Part shown: one piece after another, positions 62,838 to 64,000 of the stretch
Layout of the letters: each line of letters begins with the position of its first letter
How positions within the stretch are numbered: position 1 is the first letter of the stretch
NCBI GenBank assembly: GCA_000002445.1
Contig: CH464491.1
Coordinates: forward strand, 3,584,001-3,648,000
DNA from: Trypanosoma brucei
Taxonomy: Eukaryota
DNA length: 64,000 nucleotides
Direction: 5' to 3'
Position numbers and translations under genes: made by a program
The notes under the pieces: generated by a model
Told to the model about the DNA's origin: nothing
What the model saw: only the letters and a program-made list of their open reading frames with translations
The model's database searches: none

Positions 62838-64000
62838 ATGACGGAAATGACGAAGGATGTTTTGATCGCCGCGTGCAAAAAAAACGGCGGTTACGCGGCT
62901 CCTCGTCTAAATGATCAACTTTTCCTTCAATGTCGTGGGTTCCTCCGTATCGAAAATCTTGAGGAATATGTAAATCTAAAGGTTTTGTGGCTGGAGCAGA
63001 ATGCCATTAGCGATTTTTATGGAATAGAGACACTACAGCAGTTAGTTTCTTTGTTTGTGCAAAACAATACAATTTCATCCCTCGACACACTTCCCCCGTT
63101 GAATGGTCTCCGCGTGCTTAATATATCTCACAACTACCTGACTTCCCTTTCGGGTATTGCAGCGGGATGCCCGCAATTAGAAACACTTCAGGCGTCCCAT
63201 AACCGTATTGGAAGTCTGAAAGAATGCTGCAGCCTTTGGGATCTCAAAGACACCCTGACGAGTGTGGATCTTTCCTTCAACAAAATCGAGATTGGGGAGG
63301 GTGATATGGGACCAGTGGAGTTTTTTGGACAGTTGCCGAATGTGAGCGTCATCTATTTTCATGGAAACCCCGGAAGTCATGGCATGAAGGGTTACCGCCG
63401 TAGTATGATTCTCCATTTACCACAGCTAAAGTACTTGGATGAGCGACCCGTCTTCACTGAGGAGCGACGTGTTGTGGAGGCGTGGGGTAGTGGAGGGGAG
63501 GCTGCGGAGGGACGTGAGCGTGAGGCCATTCGTAAGGAGAAAAAGGACCACTTGCAGAGTTGTGTAAAGGTTTTGTATGACCGTATGGAGGAAAACAGGG
63601 AGGTTAGGGACCGATTGACAAAACAGTGGGAGGAGAGGAGAGCAGTGGAAATGGAGTGGTGGAAGGAGGAGCGGCGCAAACAACGTACCCAAGTGAGTGA
63701 GCTTGAGGGTTCGGAGGAACTGTCGAGGAACCTCCTCACTGCGGCTGAAGAAGAAGAATATGCAACTATAGTGAAGGACTTCCGTGTGGGAGGGGATGCA
63801 ATTCGCGCTTCAGAGGTGGAACGCCGCAAAGCTTATGAACAACAACAGGCCGTTGAGGCTGTTCGAGCAGCTGCACTCAGAGAGATTGAGGAGGAGGAGG
63901 AGAAGGAAGGAGAGGCCACCGTGGAGGGGTCTGAACGTGCAGTTTTTCTTTCCGACGAGGATATGCTGCAGGAGGTGGAGGAGGAGATATTTAAGGTTCT
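62838..64000 (+). CDS. DNAAF1: Dynein axonemal assembly factor 1 (DNAAF1/LRRC50/ODA7) homologue. It is 3'-truncated by the window end.
   Basis: It is not in the ORF track because there is no stop in the window. My own translation is MTEMTKDVLIAACKKNGGYAAPRLNDQLFLQCRGFLRIENLEEYVNLKVLWLEQNAISDF…LNISHNYLTSL…LQASHNRIGSL…IYFHGNPGSHGMKGYRRSMILHLPQLKYLDERPVFTEERRVVEAWGSGG. This matches DNAAF1 LRR and LRRcap block for block. An E/R-rich coiled tail follows. Confidence 0.85.
   Translation, partial: MTEMTKDVLIAACKKNGGYAAPRLNDQLFLQCRGFLRIENLEEYVNLKVLWLEQNAISDFYGIETLQQLVSLFVQNNTISSLDTLPPLNGLRVLNISHNYLTSLSGIAAGCPQLETLQASHNRIGSLKECCSLWDLKDTLTSVDLSFNKIEIGEGDMGPVEFFGQLPNVSVIYFHGNPGSHGMKGYRRSMILHLPQLKYLDERPVFTEERRVVEAWGSGGEAAEGREREAIRKEKKDHLQSCVKVLYDRMEENREVRDRLTKQWEERRAVEMEWWKEERRKQRTQVSELEGSEELSRNLLTAAEEEEYATIVKDFRVGGDAIRASEVERRKAYEQQQAVEAVRAAALREIEEEEEKEGEATVEGSERAVFLSDEDMLQEVEEEIFKV

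Overview
This window reads as nuclear DNA from an African trypanosome (Trypanosoma brucei group), at the ornithine decarboxylase (ODC) locus. The ODC protein matches the well-known T. brucei enzyme essentially residue for residue, and the next gene is a GRESAG4-type receptor adenylate cyclase. The architecture is typical of kinetoplastids: no introns, and long same-strand gene arrays separated by pyrimidine-rich intergenic tracts that end in AG trans-splice acceptors.

There are three blocks:
- (i) A minus-strand array at 1-7959, with five genes, the first truncated at the window edge.
- (ii) A ~4.3 kb divergent strand-switch region at 8056-12282 with no convincing gene. It has mirror-image AC-rich and GT-rich flanks, a ~1.3 kb GC-rich island, and G10, G15 and C8 homopolymer runs. 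This is a candidate bidirectional RNA polymerase II transcription start region.
- (iii) A plus-strand array from ODC (12283) to the window end. It carries ~25 genes; the named ones are GRESAG4 adenylate cyclase, a Rab GTPase, a CDC50/LEM3 flippase subunit, profilin, a twin Cx9C protein, a DEAD(DEGD)-box helicase, a J-domain protein, a Sec13/Seh1-like WD40 protein, AMMECR1, a PTPDC1-like phosphatase, a 2H phosphoesterase, centrin, a kinesin, Imp3, a UBE2H-like E2, a Mut7-C protein, an Sm-like protein, a PAN3-like pseudokinase, and a 3'-truncated DNAAF1/LRRC50 homologue that I found by reading off the window end.

The supplied ORF track accepts GTG and TTG starts, so I re-anchored every gene to the first in-frame ATG that sits in a sensible splice-acceptor context.

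I found no CRISPR array, no rRNA or tRNA gene, and no recognisable transposable element. No single undescribed system stands out, so what follows is mostly a set of modest oddities.

The items I think most deserve a second look:
- The strand-switch region with its GC island and G-tracts.
- ODC sitting as the very first gene of its array.
- Two unusually long ORF-free spans (13.6-16.6 kb and 20.3-26.0 kb), the second with a perfect 13-bp hairpin.
- A 58-aa Cys-rich micro-ORF with a textbook splice-acceptor context.
- A trypsin-fold protein with Cys at the nucleophile position.
- A 3-kb strand-asymmetric low-complexity tract.
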